Source of the DNA: an uncultured Eubacteriales bacterium
GTDB lineage: Bacteria; Bacillota; Clostridia; Oscillospirales; Acutalibacteraceae
Length of the DNA stretch: 57,573 bases
Direction of reading: 5' to 3'
Assembly: GCA_964369215.1 (NCBI GenBank)
Contig: CAYJEZ010000002.1
Location: forward strand, 1 to 57,573
A program made the position numbers and the translations under genes. Positions 47,017 through 56,280 of the stretch are shown here, piece after piece (within the stretch, counting starts at the first letter, position 1; every line of letters begins with the position of its first letter). The notes beneath the pieces are model-generated. The model had not been told where the DNA came from. It saw only the letters and a program-made list of their open reading frames with translations, and searched no databases.

Positions 47017-48321
47017 ATGCAAGACTTCACAAAAAAATTTACATTCGCCCATCTTCTTGGCACAATTGCATTCACTATTGTACTTATTTATATATTTTTT
47101 CAGTTCGACTCATTTTTAGCTATGCTTACAAATGTAACTACTGCATTTATGCCCTTGTTTATGGGCTTAGTTTTAGCTTTTGTGTTAAATGTTATAGTTA
47201 AATTTTTTGAAGGTACCGCATTTAAAAAGCTTAATGAAAAATATAAAGACGGAAAAGTTTGTAACAAAATTCAACGCCCCATCACTATTACCATTTCTTT
47301 AGTTGCTTTTTTCTCAATAATTGCATTAATTGTATTCTTCATTATACCAGAGCTGTTCAGATCGATAGAAAACTTTGCTAATATCGCTTATGAAAATGCA
47401 CCTGTTTATCTTGAGGCTGCTGAAAAATGGATTACAGATTTAATAATATCAAACAATATTAATATTGATATAGAAACTTTACAACAAACAGTTTTTTCTG
47501 TTTTTGATTTCAATGCCATATTACAAAATGCTTCAGAATTTGCTAGTACCTTTTTCTCTTCTGTTTTATCTGCTACAATTGGTGTTGCCAGTGGGGTTGT
47601 TACTGTTTTTCTTAGCTTTGTTTACACTATATATTTTCTTGCTGGAAAAGAAAAGTTAGTATTAGACTTTAAAAAACTAACATATTCTTTATTGCCAGTT
47701 AAGGCAGTTCCTCCTTTTGCAATGTTTTTACGTCTTTCAAATAAAATTTTCTCTAACTATGTGCGTGGTCAACTTACAGAGGCAATTATTCAAGGTTTGC
47801 TTTGCTATGCCGGTATGAACCTAATAGGTCTTATTGAATACTCTTTACTTATTTCTACTATTGTAACAATATGTGCTGTTATTCCTATTTTAGGTGGCTA
47901 TATTTCAGCAATTTTGGGCACTGTTTTACTACTATTAGTTAACCCTATAGACGCATTGTGGTTCATTATTTTCATTCTTGTACTTCAACAATTAGAAGGA
48001 AATTTAATTTATCCGAAAGTTGTGGGTTCATCTATGGGTCTGCCTGAAATATGGACGCTAACATCTGTTATGGTGTTAGGTAGCCTTTTCGGAATTGTCG
48101 GTGTTCTTATCGGTCCACCTACAATGGGTGTTATTTACACTCTATCTACCCATTCTACAAATAATCGATTAAAAAGAAAGAATATTGACAACGATGTTTT
48201 ATCAGGAAACGAAATAGATAAACTCTACGAAGAGGTATTATCTCCGAAGCCTGTTAACGCTGAACAAGAGAAAAAAACAAATGAAATAGCAAAAAAGATT
48301 AAAAGAGATTTAAAAAAATAA
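47017..48321 (+). CDS. AI-2E family transporter (PerM/YhhT-like permease)
   Basis: The protein is polytopic, and the conserved C-terminal segment QQLEGNLIYPKVVGSSMGLP is present. An AAAGGGAG SD lies upstream. Confidence 0.85.
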   Translation: MQDFTKKFTFAHLLGTIAFTIVLIYIFFQFDSFLAMLTNVTTAFMPLFMGLVLAFVLNVIVKFFEGTAFKKLNEKYKDGKVCNKIQRPITITISLVAFFSIIALIVFFIIPELFRSIENFANIAYENAPVYLEAAEKWITDLIISNNINIDIETLQQTVFSVFDFNAILQNASEFASTFFSSVLSATIGVASGVVTVFLSFVYTIYFLAGKEKLVLDFKKLTYSLLPVKAVPPFAMFLRLSNKIFSNYVRGQLTEAIIQGLLCYAGMNLIGLIEYSLLISTIVTICAVIPILGGYISAILGTVLLLLVNPIDALWFIIFILVLQQLEGNLIYPKVVGSSMGLPEIWTLTSVMVLGSLFGIVGVLIGPPTMGVIYTLSTHSTNNRLKRKNIDNDVLSGNEIDKLYEEVLSPKPVNAEQEKKTNEIAKKIKRDLKK

Positions 48322-48332
48322 TATTTAAAGAA

Positions 48333-48373
48333 GCTGTGACGAAATAGAATTGGTTTTGTCACAGCCTTTTTTT
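48333..48373 (+). terminator. rho-independent terminator after the AI-2E transporter gene
   Basis: GCTGTGAC-(17 nt loop)-GTCACAGC-CTTTTTTT. Confidence 0.85.
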
Positions 48374-48499
48374 GTAATAATTAGTATAGTAACGCCATTT
48401 CAATAATAATTAAATAAATGCATGTACAAGCTTTAATTTATTGGGTTTGTAAGCATTATGTAGTGGTATGACTGTATATTATAAAATTTATTATTTTCC

Positions 48500-48528
48500 T
48501 TTACATATTAGACTATACATAGTATAAT
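48500..48528 (+). promoter_or_regulatory. sigma-A promoter for the CofE-like gene
   Basis: TTTACA-17 nt-TATAAT. Confidence 0.65.
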
Positions 48529-48579
48529 AATCAAGGAATTTATATTAGTTTTATTTATTATCGAAAGGATTGTTGTAAA

Positions 48580-49779
48580 ATGTCAAGAATGATAGGTACC
48601 GTCTCAAGAGGTGTTAGAGCACCAATTATTAGAGAAGGTGACAACATCAAAGAAATAGTTGTTTCAAGCGTATTAGAAGCTGTTAAGTCTGAAAATATTG
48701 AGCTCAATGACAAGGACGTAGTTGGTATTACGGAGGCTGTTGTTGCAAGGTCTCAAGGAAATTATGCTACTACACAAAACATTGCTGACGATATCAAATC
48801 AAAGTTCAACAGCGACCATATAGGTGTTATTTTCCCTATTTTAAGCAGAAATAGATTTGCTATTTGCCTAAGAGGCATTGCAAAGGGTGCAAAAAAAGTT
48901 ACTCTTATGATGAGCTATCCGTCTGACGAGGTTGGAAACCACTTAGTTGATTTAGACATGCTTGACGAGAAAGGCGTTAATCCTTGGACTGACGTTTTGA
49001 ACGAGGCTAAATACAGAGAGCTTTTTGGTTATTTAAAACACACATTTACAGGCGTTGATTATGTAGAGTACTACTCTAACTTGATTAAAGAAGAAGGCGC
49101 TGAACCTGAGATTATTTTCGCTAATGATTGCAGAGCCATTCTTAACTATACAAAAAATATACTATGCTGTGATATTCATACAAGAGAGCGTTCAAAAAGA
49201 CTGTTAAAAGCAGCTGGTGCAAATATAGTTTTAGGTCTCGATGACATTATGACTGCATCTGTAGACGGAAGCGGTTTTAACCCTGATTATGGCCTACTTG
49301 GCTCTAATAAAGCAACTGAAAGCACTGTTAAGTTATTCCCTACAGATTGTGAAAATTTAGCTAATGCTATTCAAAAAGAGTTTCTTGATAAAACAGGCAA
49401 AAATATTGAAGTGTTAATATACGGAGACGGTGCGTTTAAAGACCCAGTAGGAAAAATTTGGGAACTAGCTGACCCTGTAGTTTCTCCTGGCTTTACAAGT
49501 GGACTTTTAGGAACACCTAACGAGCTTAAATTAAAATATTTAGCAGACAATGACTTTGCAGATTTAAAAGGCGATGCTTTAAAAGAAGCTATATCTAAAA
49601 CCATCATTGAGAAAGATAAACAAAACCAAAGCCTTGTTGGCCAAATGGCTACCCAAGGTACTACACCACGTAGATTGACAGACCTTATCGGCTCTTTATG
49701 TGATTTAACCTCTGGTAGCGGAGACAAAGGTACTCCTATTATTTTAATTCAAGGTTATTTTGATAACTACACTAATTAA
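48580..49779 (+). CDS. CofE-like (F420-0:gamma-glutamyl ligase family) protein, long Firmicutes form
   Basis: My recollection is that the family motifs are present (GITEAVVARSQG, DYGLLGSNK, GDGAFKDP, DLTSGSGDKGTPIILIQG). This assignment needs HMM confirmation. Confidence 0.55.
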   Translation: MSRMIGTVSRGVRAPIIREGDNIKEIVVSSVLEAVKSENIELNDKDVVGITEAVVARSQGNYATTQNIADDIKSKFNSDHIGVIFPILSRNRFAICLRGIAKGAKKVTLMMSYPSDEVGNHLVDLDMLDEKGVNPWTDVLNEAKYRELFGYLKHTFTGVDYVEYYSNLIKEEGAEPEIIFANDCRAILNYTKNILCCDIHTRERSKRLLKAAGANIVLGLDDIMTASVDGSGFNPDYGLLGSNKATESTVKLFPTDCENLANAIQKEFLDKTGKNIEVLIYGDGAFKDPVGKIWELADPVVSPGFTSGLLGTPNELKLKYLADNDFADLKGDALKEAISKTIIEKDKQNQSLVGQMATQGTTPRRLTDLIGSLCDLTSGSGDKGTPIILIQGYFDNYTN

Positions 49780-49802
49780 ACATAAAAATATATAGACAAT
49801 CA

Positions 49803-49900
49803 ACCCCAAAACTAACACTGATTAAGAGAAAAAACGCATATATATAGTCAAATCAATATTGAGCTTTTAGCTTTTTCACTTGGTTTCTGTAGTATTTAGT
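49803..49900 (+). repeat. intergenic hairpin repeat, copy B
   Basis: It reads ACCCCAAAACTAACACTGATTAAGAGAAAAAACGCATA...GCTTTTTCACTTGGTTTCTGTAGTATTTAG. Confidence 0.8.
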
Positions 49901-49910
49901 AAATATAACA

Positions 49911-49961
49911 AAAATGACCTCATAGAGTTGGCAATGGCTTCACTCTTTGAGGTCATTTTTT
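49911..49961. terminator. long bidirectional hairpin lying between repeat copies B and C
   Basis: AAAATGACCTCATAGAGT-(13 nt loop)-ACTCTTTGAGGTCATTTTTT. The stem is 15 bp with 1 mismatch. Confidence 0.8.
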
Positions 49962-49986
49962 ATTGTTGTATTTCTAGTTATTCAAG

Positions 49987-50064
49987 CCTCAAAACTAACA
50001 CAAATTAAGCGAAAAACCGCATACATCCAAACTTTTTCACTTAATTTCTGTAGTGTTTTCTAAG
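49987..50064 (+). repeat. intergenic hairpin repeat, copy C (most compact, consensus-like)
   Basis: It reads CCTCAAAACTAACACAAATTAAGCGAAAAACCGCATACATCCAAACTTTTTCACTTAATTTCTGTAGTGTTTTCTAAG. Nt 50002-50016 pair with nt 50033-50047 (15 bp, 1 mismatch). Confidence 0.8.
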
Positions 50065-50092
50065 TTTAGTAACTATAATTTGATGTAGTGTT

Positions 50093-50689
50093 TTACTTAC
50101 CCCAAAGTTCTTTATTATCAGTTACTAATTTATATATGTTCTCTCCTGCTTGTTCTTCAAAATATGTCTTTAAACCTATATTTTTAGCTCTTTTCTCTTT
50201 TGAATAGCTACCATATCGCCTCTCTACATCATTCATTCTATCTATCATATCCATTACTACTGAACCGGATAATGAGTCGCAGAGCTGTATTAATCTATCA
50301 TAATCATCAAAAACCATTTCAGCTAATATAATTTTCAACTCTTCATATTCTTTATCAGAAATATCAAGTGCACCAACATAATCTTTTTCACTTTGTGTTG
50401 TAAAAGAATGAGACATACAAATTCGAGCAACCTCGTCATACCCTAAGTCTAACATGTATTTATAGCCATAATAAATATGCCCAAAACCAGGTATAGAAAA
50501 ATGTCTGCCTATATCGTGTAATAAACCTAATACATATGCTTTTTCACTGTTCATCTTACATGCATTTGCTATTTTTTCAGCACAATGTGCCGCAGTGTAT
50601 GAATGCTCTACCCAAGGTCCTGGGTTTCTATCTTTAGCAATTTTAATTAACTCTTCTGCTTTTTCTTTTGTTGGATATATAGTTATCAT
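50093..50689 (-). CDS. HD domain phosphohydrolase
   Basis: The H...HD signature (HSYTAAHCAE ... GLLHDIGR) is present. Confidence 0.75.
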   Translation of the reverse strand: MITIYPTKEKAEELIKIAKDRNPGPWVEHSYTAAHCAEKIANACKMNSEKAYVLGLLHDIGRHFSIPGFGHIYYGYKYMLDLGYDEVARICMSHSFTTQSEKDYVGALDISDKEYEELKIILAEMVFDDYDRLIQLCDSLSGSVVMDMIDRMNDVERRYGSYSKEKRAKNIGLKTYFEEQAGENIYKLVTDNKELWGK

Positions 50690-50738
50690 TCCTTTCTACT
50701 CTGATAAAATATAATGTCAATGTTAAGTTAAAATAAAG

Positions 50739-51551
50739 TCAAACATTAAAATTATCTAACAACCACTTAGCCACTCCGTCATTATCATTACTTTCAATTA
50801 TAGAAGTTGCAACAGCTTTTATTTCTTTATCTGCATTTTTTACAGCATAACACTCGTCCGCAAATTTAAACATCTCTAAATCGTTTCCACCATCTCCAAA
50901 AGCTACAATATAATCGACACCAAGTATAGTTTTAAGCTGTTTAATTGCACTTGCTTTGCTTACTCCTTTACACATAATTTCAAGCCACATATAACCCGTG
51001 TATATATCTTTATAATAAACACAAGAGTATTTATCTTTAAAAATTTCATACAATGCTAGCAGTCTATCATCGTCTACTATACAAGAGTAGTGAAAAACCT
51101 CACTAATTTCAGCAAATTCAACTATCGGATTATCTCTTTTATCACCTTTTCTTGTAGCAATAAAAGCTTTTGTTTCGTTATTAATTTTGTCTTGCTCATA
51201 AGTAAACTTCTCTTCTCCATTTATATAAGAAAAAATAATTGGATGTATATTATTTTGTTTAAAACAAGAATTTATATAGTCACTGTCTTCTTTTTCAAAA
51301 AAGTTAGCTTGAATAATCTCTCCCGTAGCATTTTCAACAATCATAGTTCCGTTATATACAATTACAGGTATTTTTGCGGTAATACCACTAGTAACCTTAG
51401 AAGCAGTAATATACGAGCGTGCAGTTGCATACGAAAACATCATGCCTTTTTCTGCTAAATAGTTAATGGTTTTTGCAGTGAAATCTGATATTTCTTGATT
51501 TTTATTTAGCAGGGTTCCGTCTAGGTCTGAAACATATAAAGTTTTTTTCAA
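50739..51551 (-). CDS. Cof-type HAD-IIB family hydrolase
   Basis: The motifs are LYVSDLDGTLL, ATARSY and AFGDGGNDLEMF. The start is a TTG that follows GAGAGGA. Confidence 0.85.
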   Translation of the reverse strand: MKKTLYVSDLDGTLLNKNQEISDFTAKTINYLAEKGMMFSYATARSYITASKVTSGITAKIPVIVYNGTMIVENATGEIIQANFFEKEDSDYINSCFKQNNIHPIIFSYINGEEKFTYEQDKINNETKAFIATRKGDKRDNPIVEFAEISEVFHYSCIVDDDRLLALYEIFKDKYSCVYYKDIYTGYMWLEIMCKGVSKASAIKQLKTILGVDYIVAFGDGGNDLEMFKFADECYAVKNADKEIKAVATSIIESNDNDGVAKWLLDNFNV

Positions 51552-51578
51552 AACACTATCCTCTCTTATTTTTTAATA

Positions 51579-52124
51579 CTACCCAATAATTTCGGCTGCT
51601 GTAACATTTTTCATATGTTCTAAAGCAAATTCACCTGCTGCTTGATTAAAGGTTGCAACACAGTTTTTGTGTACTACTATTTTATAACCTATATTATATG
51701 CATCAACTGCTGTGTGAAGTACACAAATATCTGTACACACGCCTACTATATGCACTTCTTTAACATTTCTTTCTCTTAACTTTAAGTCTAAATCAGTAGC
51801 ACAAAAAGCAGAATACCTACTTTTGTTAACCTTTAAATATTGTGCTTTTGGAACTGAAGCGACTTCGTCTGCTACCTTACCATATAGTTTTTTGCCTTTT
51901 TCATCGTAACAATGTGCAGGAAACATATCTTTCTCTATATTATATCCATCTTCAATACTATGGTTATCAGATGCCTCAACGATAAAATCTTCGCTATCTT
52001 TGAAATCTTTTATCACTTTTATTATGTTATCTTCAATATCTTGACCTGGTTTACCACAAGTTAAGTTTCCGTCGTCTGCTACAAAGTCATATACGTAGTC
52101 TACAATTATTAATGCTTTTTTCAT
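51579..52124 (-). CDS. isochorismatase-family cysteine hydrolase (nicotinamidase/pyrazinamidase-like)
   Basis: The catalytic triad context is present: ALIIVDYVYDF, FPAHC, KSRYSAF and GVCTDICV. The start is ATG 52124, after AAAAGGATGA. Confidence 0.8.
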   Translation of the reverse strand: MKKALIIVDYVYDFVADDGNLTCGKPGQDIEDNIIKVIKDFKDSEDFIVEASDNHSIEDGYNIEKDMFPAHCYDEKGKKLYGKVADEVASVPKAQYLKVNKSRYSAFCATDLDLKLRERNVKEVHIVGVCTDICVLHTAVDAYNIGYKIVVHKNCVATFNQAAGEFALEHMKNVTAAEIIG

Positions 52125-52193
52125 GTTAATCATCCTTTTCAAAGTAATACAATGTGTCTTGACACCTGCAAGAGTATTCTACCACTAAATCAA

Positions 52194-52613
52194 TTAAATG
52201 TAAATAGCTATGTTAATTTTCTCAAACAGTAAATTAACATAAGCGTCGTGATTATAGTTCATAGGTTCTGTATGCGGAAAAAACAGTATCATTCTTATTA
52301 TATAAACTACTAAAAATAAGGCAATTACTAATGTTAATAAGAATCTGCATTGCTTTGACTTATTTGAAAAAAAATTAGGCTTAATAATGTATAAAATAAG
52401 AATAATAGGTAAAATCCAAAATAGAGGGTGCATAAAAAAAGCCATTGAGAAATCTGCTTTAAAAAGCGCTAAATATGCCCTAGTTATTCCGCAACTAGGG
52501 CAAGGAAATCCAGTAGCGTTTCTTACAACACAACTAATATCAAGAATTAGTATTAGAAACGCACCTATCGTAATATATGAAAAATTTTTAATCCATTTTT
52601 TATATATTGACAT
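52194..52613 (-). CDS. DUF2752-like small membrane protein
   Basis: The CPSCGITRA motif and 4 TM segments are present. The start is ATG 52613 or TTG 52619, and it overlaps the galT 3' end. Confidence 0.6.
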   Translation of the reverse strand: MSIYKKWIKNFSYITIGAFLILILDISCVVRNATGFPCPSCGITRAYLALFKADFSMAFFMHPLFWILPIILILYIIKPNFFSNKSKQCRFLLTLVIALFLVVYIIRMILFFPHTEPMNYNHDAYVNLLFEKINIAIYI

Positions 52614-54090
52614 ACTCAATGAACCTTAAAAAAGCCGCTCTTCCCTCTTCTGTACACTTAAACACACCCGCGTCTTCTAGCACTTTCTCAAAAGCAAGGC
52701 CTACCTCGTTTTCTAAAATAGTGTCCACATTTTCTGCAGTTATATTCTCATGCTTTGCCAAAATACCCTCAACCCAGTTTCTATGAACACAAAGGCTCTC
52801 TGGAATTTCTTGTTTGTTTACAATGATATCAGCAATTTGGCTCATCTCTTTTTTAAGCCTTGCAGGCAAAACGGCTAAGCCCATAACCTCTATAAGCCCT
52901 ATGTTCTCTTTTTTAATATTATGTAGCTCTTTATGTGGGTGATACACGCCAAGCGGGTGCTCGTCAGTGCAAATATTATTTCTTAAAACTAAGTCAAACT
53001 CATAAAATTCGCCCTTTTTTCTTGAAATAGGGGTAATTGTATTATGAGGAGTGTCTTCTGTATAAGCAAAAATAAAGCTATCTTTGTCGCTATAGGCTCT
53101 CCATTTTTCAAGAATATGATCTGCAAGCTCTACTAGTCTGTTGTCGTTTTTCGACTTAATTCTTATAACAGACATAGGCCATTTAACTATTTGTGCACTC
53201 ACGTCTTCAAAGCCTTTAAACTCTATATCAAGCTCTTTTTCTGCCTTCTCCATAGCAAAAGTGTAGCTTCCGCCTTGAAAGTGGTCGTGACTTAAAATAG
53301 AGCCACCTACTATAGGTAAATCTGCATTAGAGCCAACAAAGTAATGTGGAAATTGCTTAACAAAGTCTAAAAGCTTTCTAAAGCTAGATTTATCCACTAC
53401 CATAGGCTCGTGCTCACCTTTAAAAATTATGCTGTGCTCGTTGTAATATGTGTACGGAGAGTACTGAAAATACCATTGCTCGTTATTAATTGTAACAGGC
53501 ATAGCCCTTAAATTTTGTCTTGCTGGGTGGTTAAGTCTGCCAGCGTACCCCTCGTTTTCTTTACATAACATACACTTTGGGTAACCACTTTGTTTTGCCA
53601 AACGCTCGGCAGCTATGTCTTTGGGGTCTTTCTCTGGTTTAGACAAATTTACAGTAATGTCTAAGTCTCCATAAGCCGAGTTGTACGACCACTTAAGGTC
53701 TTTTATTACTCTATACTTTCTTATGTAGTCGCTATCTATAGAAACTGCGTAAAAATAATCTGTAGCTTTAACAGGGTCTTCCTCGTAAAGCTCACCGAAA
53801 ACCTCTATCATCTCTGAGGGTTTTGGTGTAAATACACCCATAACTTTTGTTGTAAATAAATCTTTACAAGTGGTAGTATCTTCTATAATATTCTCACTAA
53901 TTGCGTACTGACTTAAAGCATTAAGCACGTTCTCCAGCTCTATTTCATCATATGCTACATCTACTTCTTCAAATTCGTCAAGTCTTAAAACATCTAACAA
54001 GCAATTAGTTGCCCAAATTCTGTCTGTCTCCTTTATTAAGCCTTTGTTTAACGCATAGTATACTAATTTAGAAATTTCTTTATTAAGCAT
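52600..54090 (-). CDS. galT: UDP-glucose--hexose-1-phosphate uridylyltransferase (type 2 GalT)
   Basis: The length of about 495 aa fits the Firmicutes-type GalT. The motifs are CMLCKENEGYAG, YFQYSPYTYYNEHSI and GGSILSHDHFQGG. Confidence 0.88.
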   Translation of the reverse strand: MLNKEISKLVYYALNKGLIKETDRIWATNCLLDVLRLDEFEEVDVAYDEIELENVLNALSQYAISENIIEDTTTCKDLFTTKVMGVFTPKPSEMIEVFGELYEEDPVKATDYFYAVSIDSDYIRKYRVIKDLKWSYNSAYGDLDITVNLSKPEKDPKDIAAERLAKQSGYPKCMLCKENEGYAGRLNHPARQNLRAMPVTINNEQWYFQYSPYTYYNEHSIIFKGEHEPMVVDKSSFRKLLDFVKQFPHYFVGSNADLPIVGGSILSHDHFQGGSYTFAMEKAEKELDIEFKGFEDVSAQIVKWPMSVIRIKSKNDNRLVELADHILEKWRAYSDKDSFIFAYTEDTPHNTITPISRKKGEFYEFDLVLRNNICTDEHPLGVYHPHKELHNIKKENIGLIEVMGLAVLPARLKKEMSQIADIIVNKQEIPESLCVHRNWVEGILAKHENITAENVDTILENEVGLAFEKVLEDAGVFKCTEEGRAAFLRFIEYVNI

Positions 54091-54151
54091 AACTACAACC
54101 AACCTTTCTCATTAAATATCTTAAATAATACACAGTCAATCATGCTATGTA

Positions 54152-54745
54152 TTACACCTCTTTTATTAACTCTTGCGCCTTAATACGGCTAGCCTCGTAG
54201 TCTCTACTCTCAATTAAATACGGCTTTGTTGGCAGTTCTGCATTTTCATCTACTGGGCATAGTTTCTTCTTCATAACCAAAACATCATAGCTTTTTCCAA
54301 ATTTTTCAAAACTGTCTTTTATTATCTCTTTCTCTTCAAATCCCCATTTTTTATGAAAAGCCACAGCCTCATCATTAGGCAGAGGAATTTTAGCAGTAAT
54401 CCCTCTTTTGTTTCCAAACTGCATAATATCTATCATTAAAGAGTACATTGAAGAGCCTACGCCTCTTCTGTAAAATCCCTCTTTTACATAAAGTTCTATA
54501 GTACAGTTAAAAAAGTCGTTTGGGTCTTCGTCCTCTGTAAGAAGACAAAAGCCTACTGTCTCACCGTCAATCTCACTCATAACCCAACCTCTGCCGTAGG
54601 TATATTTATCTATACGCTGTACATACTCTGCAATGCTTGGCAAAACCTCTTCTTTTGTGCAGTGGCTATTATCTACATAAGGTTTATACACTTTAAGCAT
54701 TGTAGGTGCATCCCATTCATTTATTCGTCTTACTAAAGTTCTCAT
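54152..54745 (-). CDS. GNAT family N-acetyltransferase
   Basis: The acetyl-CoA binding motif YRRGVGSSMY and the segment AVAFHKKWGF are present. A GAGGAG SD lies upstream. Confidence 0.75.
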   Translation of the reverse strand: MRTLVRRINEWDAPTMLKVYKPYVDNSHCTKEEVLPSIAEYVQRIDKYTYGRGWVMSEIDGETVGFCLLTEDEDPNDFFNCTIELYVKEGFYRRGVGSSMYSLMIDIMQFGNKRGITAKIPLPNDEAVAFHKKWGFEEKEIIKDSFEKFGKSYDVLVMKKKLCPVDENAELPTKPYLIESRDYEASRIKAQELIKEV

Positions 54746-54763
54746 TTTTTCTCCTCTACACTA

Positions 54764-56182
54764 TTAGTTAATAAGGTTAATGTCAAGCCACTTTTTCTTC
54801 TCTAATCTAATTAAGAAAAGAATGCCTCTAACACTGAGTTCTAATGTCATCGCAATCCAAACTCCTGCTAAGCCAAAGCTTGGCGCTAAAATAACCGATA
54901 ACAACACCCTTACTCCCCACATTGAAATAAGGCTGATTAAAAACGGACCTTTTGTGTCTCCAGCTCCTCTTAACGAGCCAGAAATGGAAATTGTTAAACC
55001 GAAGAAAGGCTGTGCTATTGCTACAATTCTTAGCATATCTGCACCTAGTGCTATAACCTCTGGGTCAGATGTGAAAAAAGTCATAAGCGGTTTTGCAAAC
55101 ACAAATATTAATAAGCCGCCTAAAGACATTATTATAACACCTAAAACATAAACTACTCTACCACATTTTAAAGCAACATCTTTTCTTTTAGCTCCCATTG
55201 CTTGCCCTACTAAGGCTGTGCCAGCAGTTGCAACGCCAAAGGCAGGTAAATAACTAATTGCCTCTGCAGTTACTGCAAGGTGATTAGCCGCCACTGCAAC
55301 TGTACCCATAGCAGTAACTATAAATGTCATAACAATTTGTGCAGAGCTTATCATTGCCCTTTCAAGAGCAACAGGAAGACCTAGCCTAAGTGTAAGCCTT
55401 AAGCAGTCTTTTTTAAATTTAAAGTCTTCTTTTATACTAACCTTTAAAGTTTTGTATTTGTTAAAAATTATATAAATATAAAGTAAACTTACTATAAACA
55501 AAGCAAGTGCAGAACCAATTGCAGCTCCTACAACTCCCATTCCTGCACCCCAAATAGTTAGATTAAATCCAAAAATATTATATGTATTTGTAGGGTAAAT
55601 AAATAAGAAGTTAAATGTAACATTAAATATGTTTATAAGCAAATTCAAAAGCATTGGCGTTTTTGTGTCGCCAGAGCATCGAATTATTGAGCTTAGCATT
55701 AATATACAAAAGTTAAAAGGCATTACAAGAGACATTACTGCTAAGTAGCCACTCGCCTCTCCTTTTACTGCATCTTCTGCGCCTAGCCAAGTAGGCAAAA
55801 AGAAAGATAAAATAAAGCCAATAAGAGCAATACCTAAACCAAAAAGAGCAACAAAGCTTAAACTTTGCCTTACAATAGACTTCGCTTTATCCAAGTCTCC
55901 TGCGCCAATTTGCTGAGCCACCTGCACAGAGAAACCTACAGCCGCGGCACTTAAAATTCCATTTAAAAACCACAGTGTACTGGTTGTAACACCTACCGCC
56001 GCCGTTGCATCAGGTCCTAGGCTACCTACCATTGCTGTATCAACATACTGAACAAAGGTTACCATAATTTGCTCTATCATGCTAGGCAGCGCAAGTGCAA
56101 GCACGGCAGAGAGCGTTACCCCTAAAGTAGGAGTTCCGTCGTTTTTTAATATGCTACTAAAAGCATTCTTGTTTGTTTTCAT
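54764..56182 (-). CDS. MATE family efflux transporter
   Basis: The protein has 12 TM segments and MATE-type repeats (SIIRCSGDTKTPM and SGSLRGAGDTKGPF). Confidence 0.9.
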   Translation of the reverse strand: MKTNKNAFSSILKNDGTPTLGVTLSAVLALALPSMIEQIMVTFVQYVDTAMVGSLGPDATAAVGVTTSTLWFLNGILSAAAVGFSVQVAQQIGAGDLDKAKSIVRQSLSFVALFGLGIALIGFILSFFLPTWLGAEDAVKGEASGYLAVMSLVMPFNFCILMLSSIIRCSGDTKTPMLLNLLINIFNVTFNFLFIYPTNTYNIFGFNLTIWGAGMGVVGAAIGSALALFIVSLLYIYIIFNKYKTLKVSIKEDFKFKKDCLRLTLRLGLPVALERAMISSAQIVMTFIVTAMGTVAVAANHLAVTAEAISYLPAFGVATAGTALVGQAMGAKRKDVALKCGRVVYVLGVIIMSLGGLLIFVFAKPLMTFFTSDPEVIALGADMLRIVAIAQPFFGLTISISGSLRGAGDTKGPFLISLISMWGVRVLLSVILAPSFGLAGVWIAMTLELSVRGILFLIRLEKKKWLDINLIN

Positions 56183-56280
56183 TCATCGACCTAGTTAATT
56201 GCCCTAATTGCAATTAACTAACCTTTCTGTTCTTTAAACTTTTCTTTTCAATACTTTTTTTGTTGTTGGACAGGTATAGC

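Noticed and set aside
46977-47201. A 74-aa ORF overlaps the terminator and the start of the AI-2E transporter gene.
   Set aside because: It begins inside the terminator hairpin of the upstream gene and is out of frame with the well-supported transporter CDS, which has a good SD at 47004-47011.
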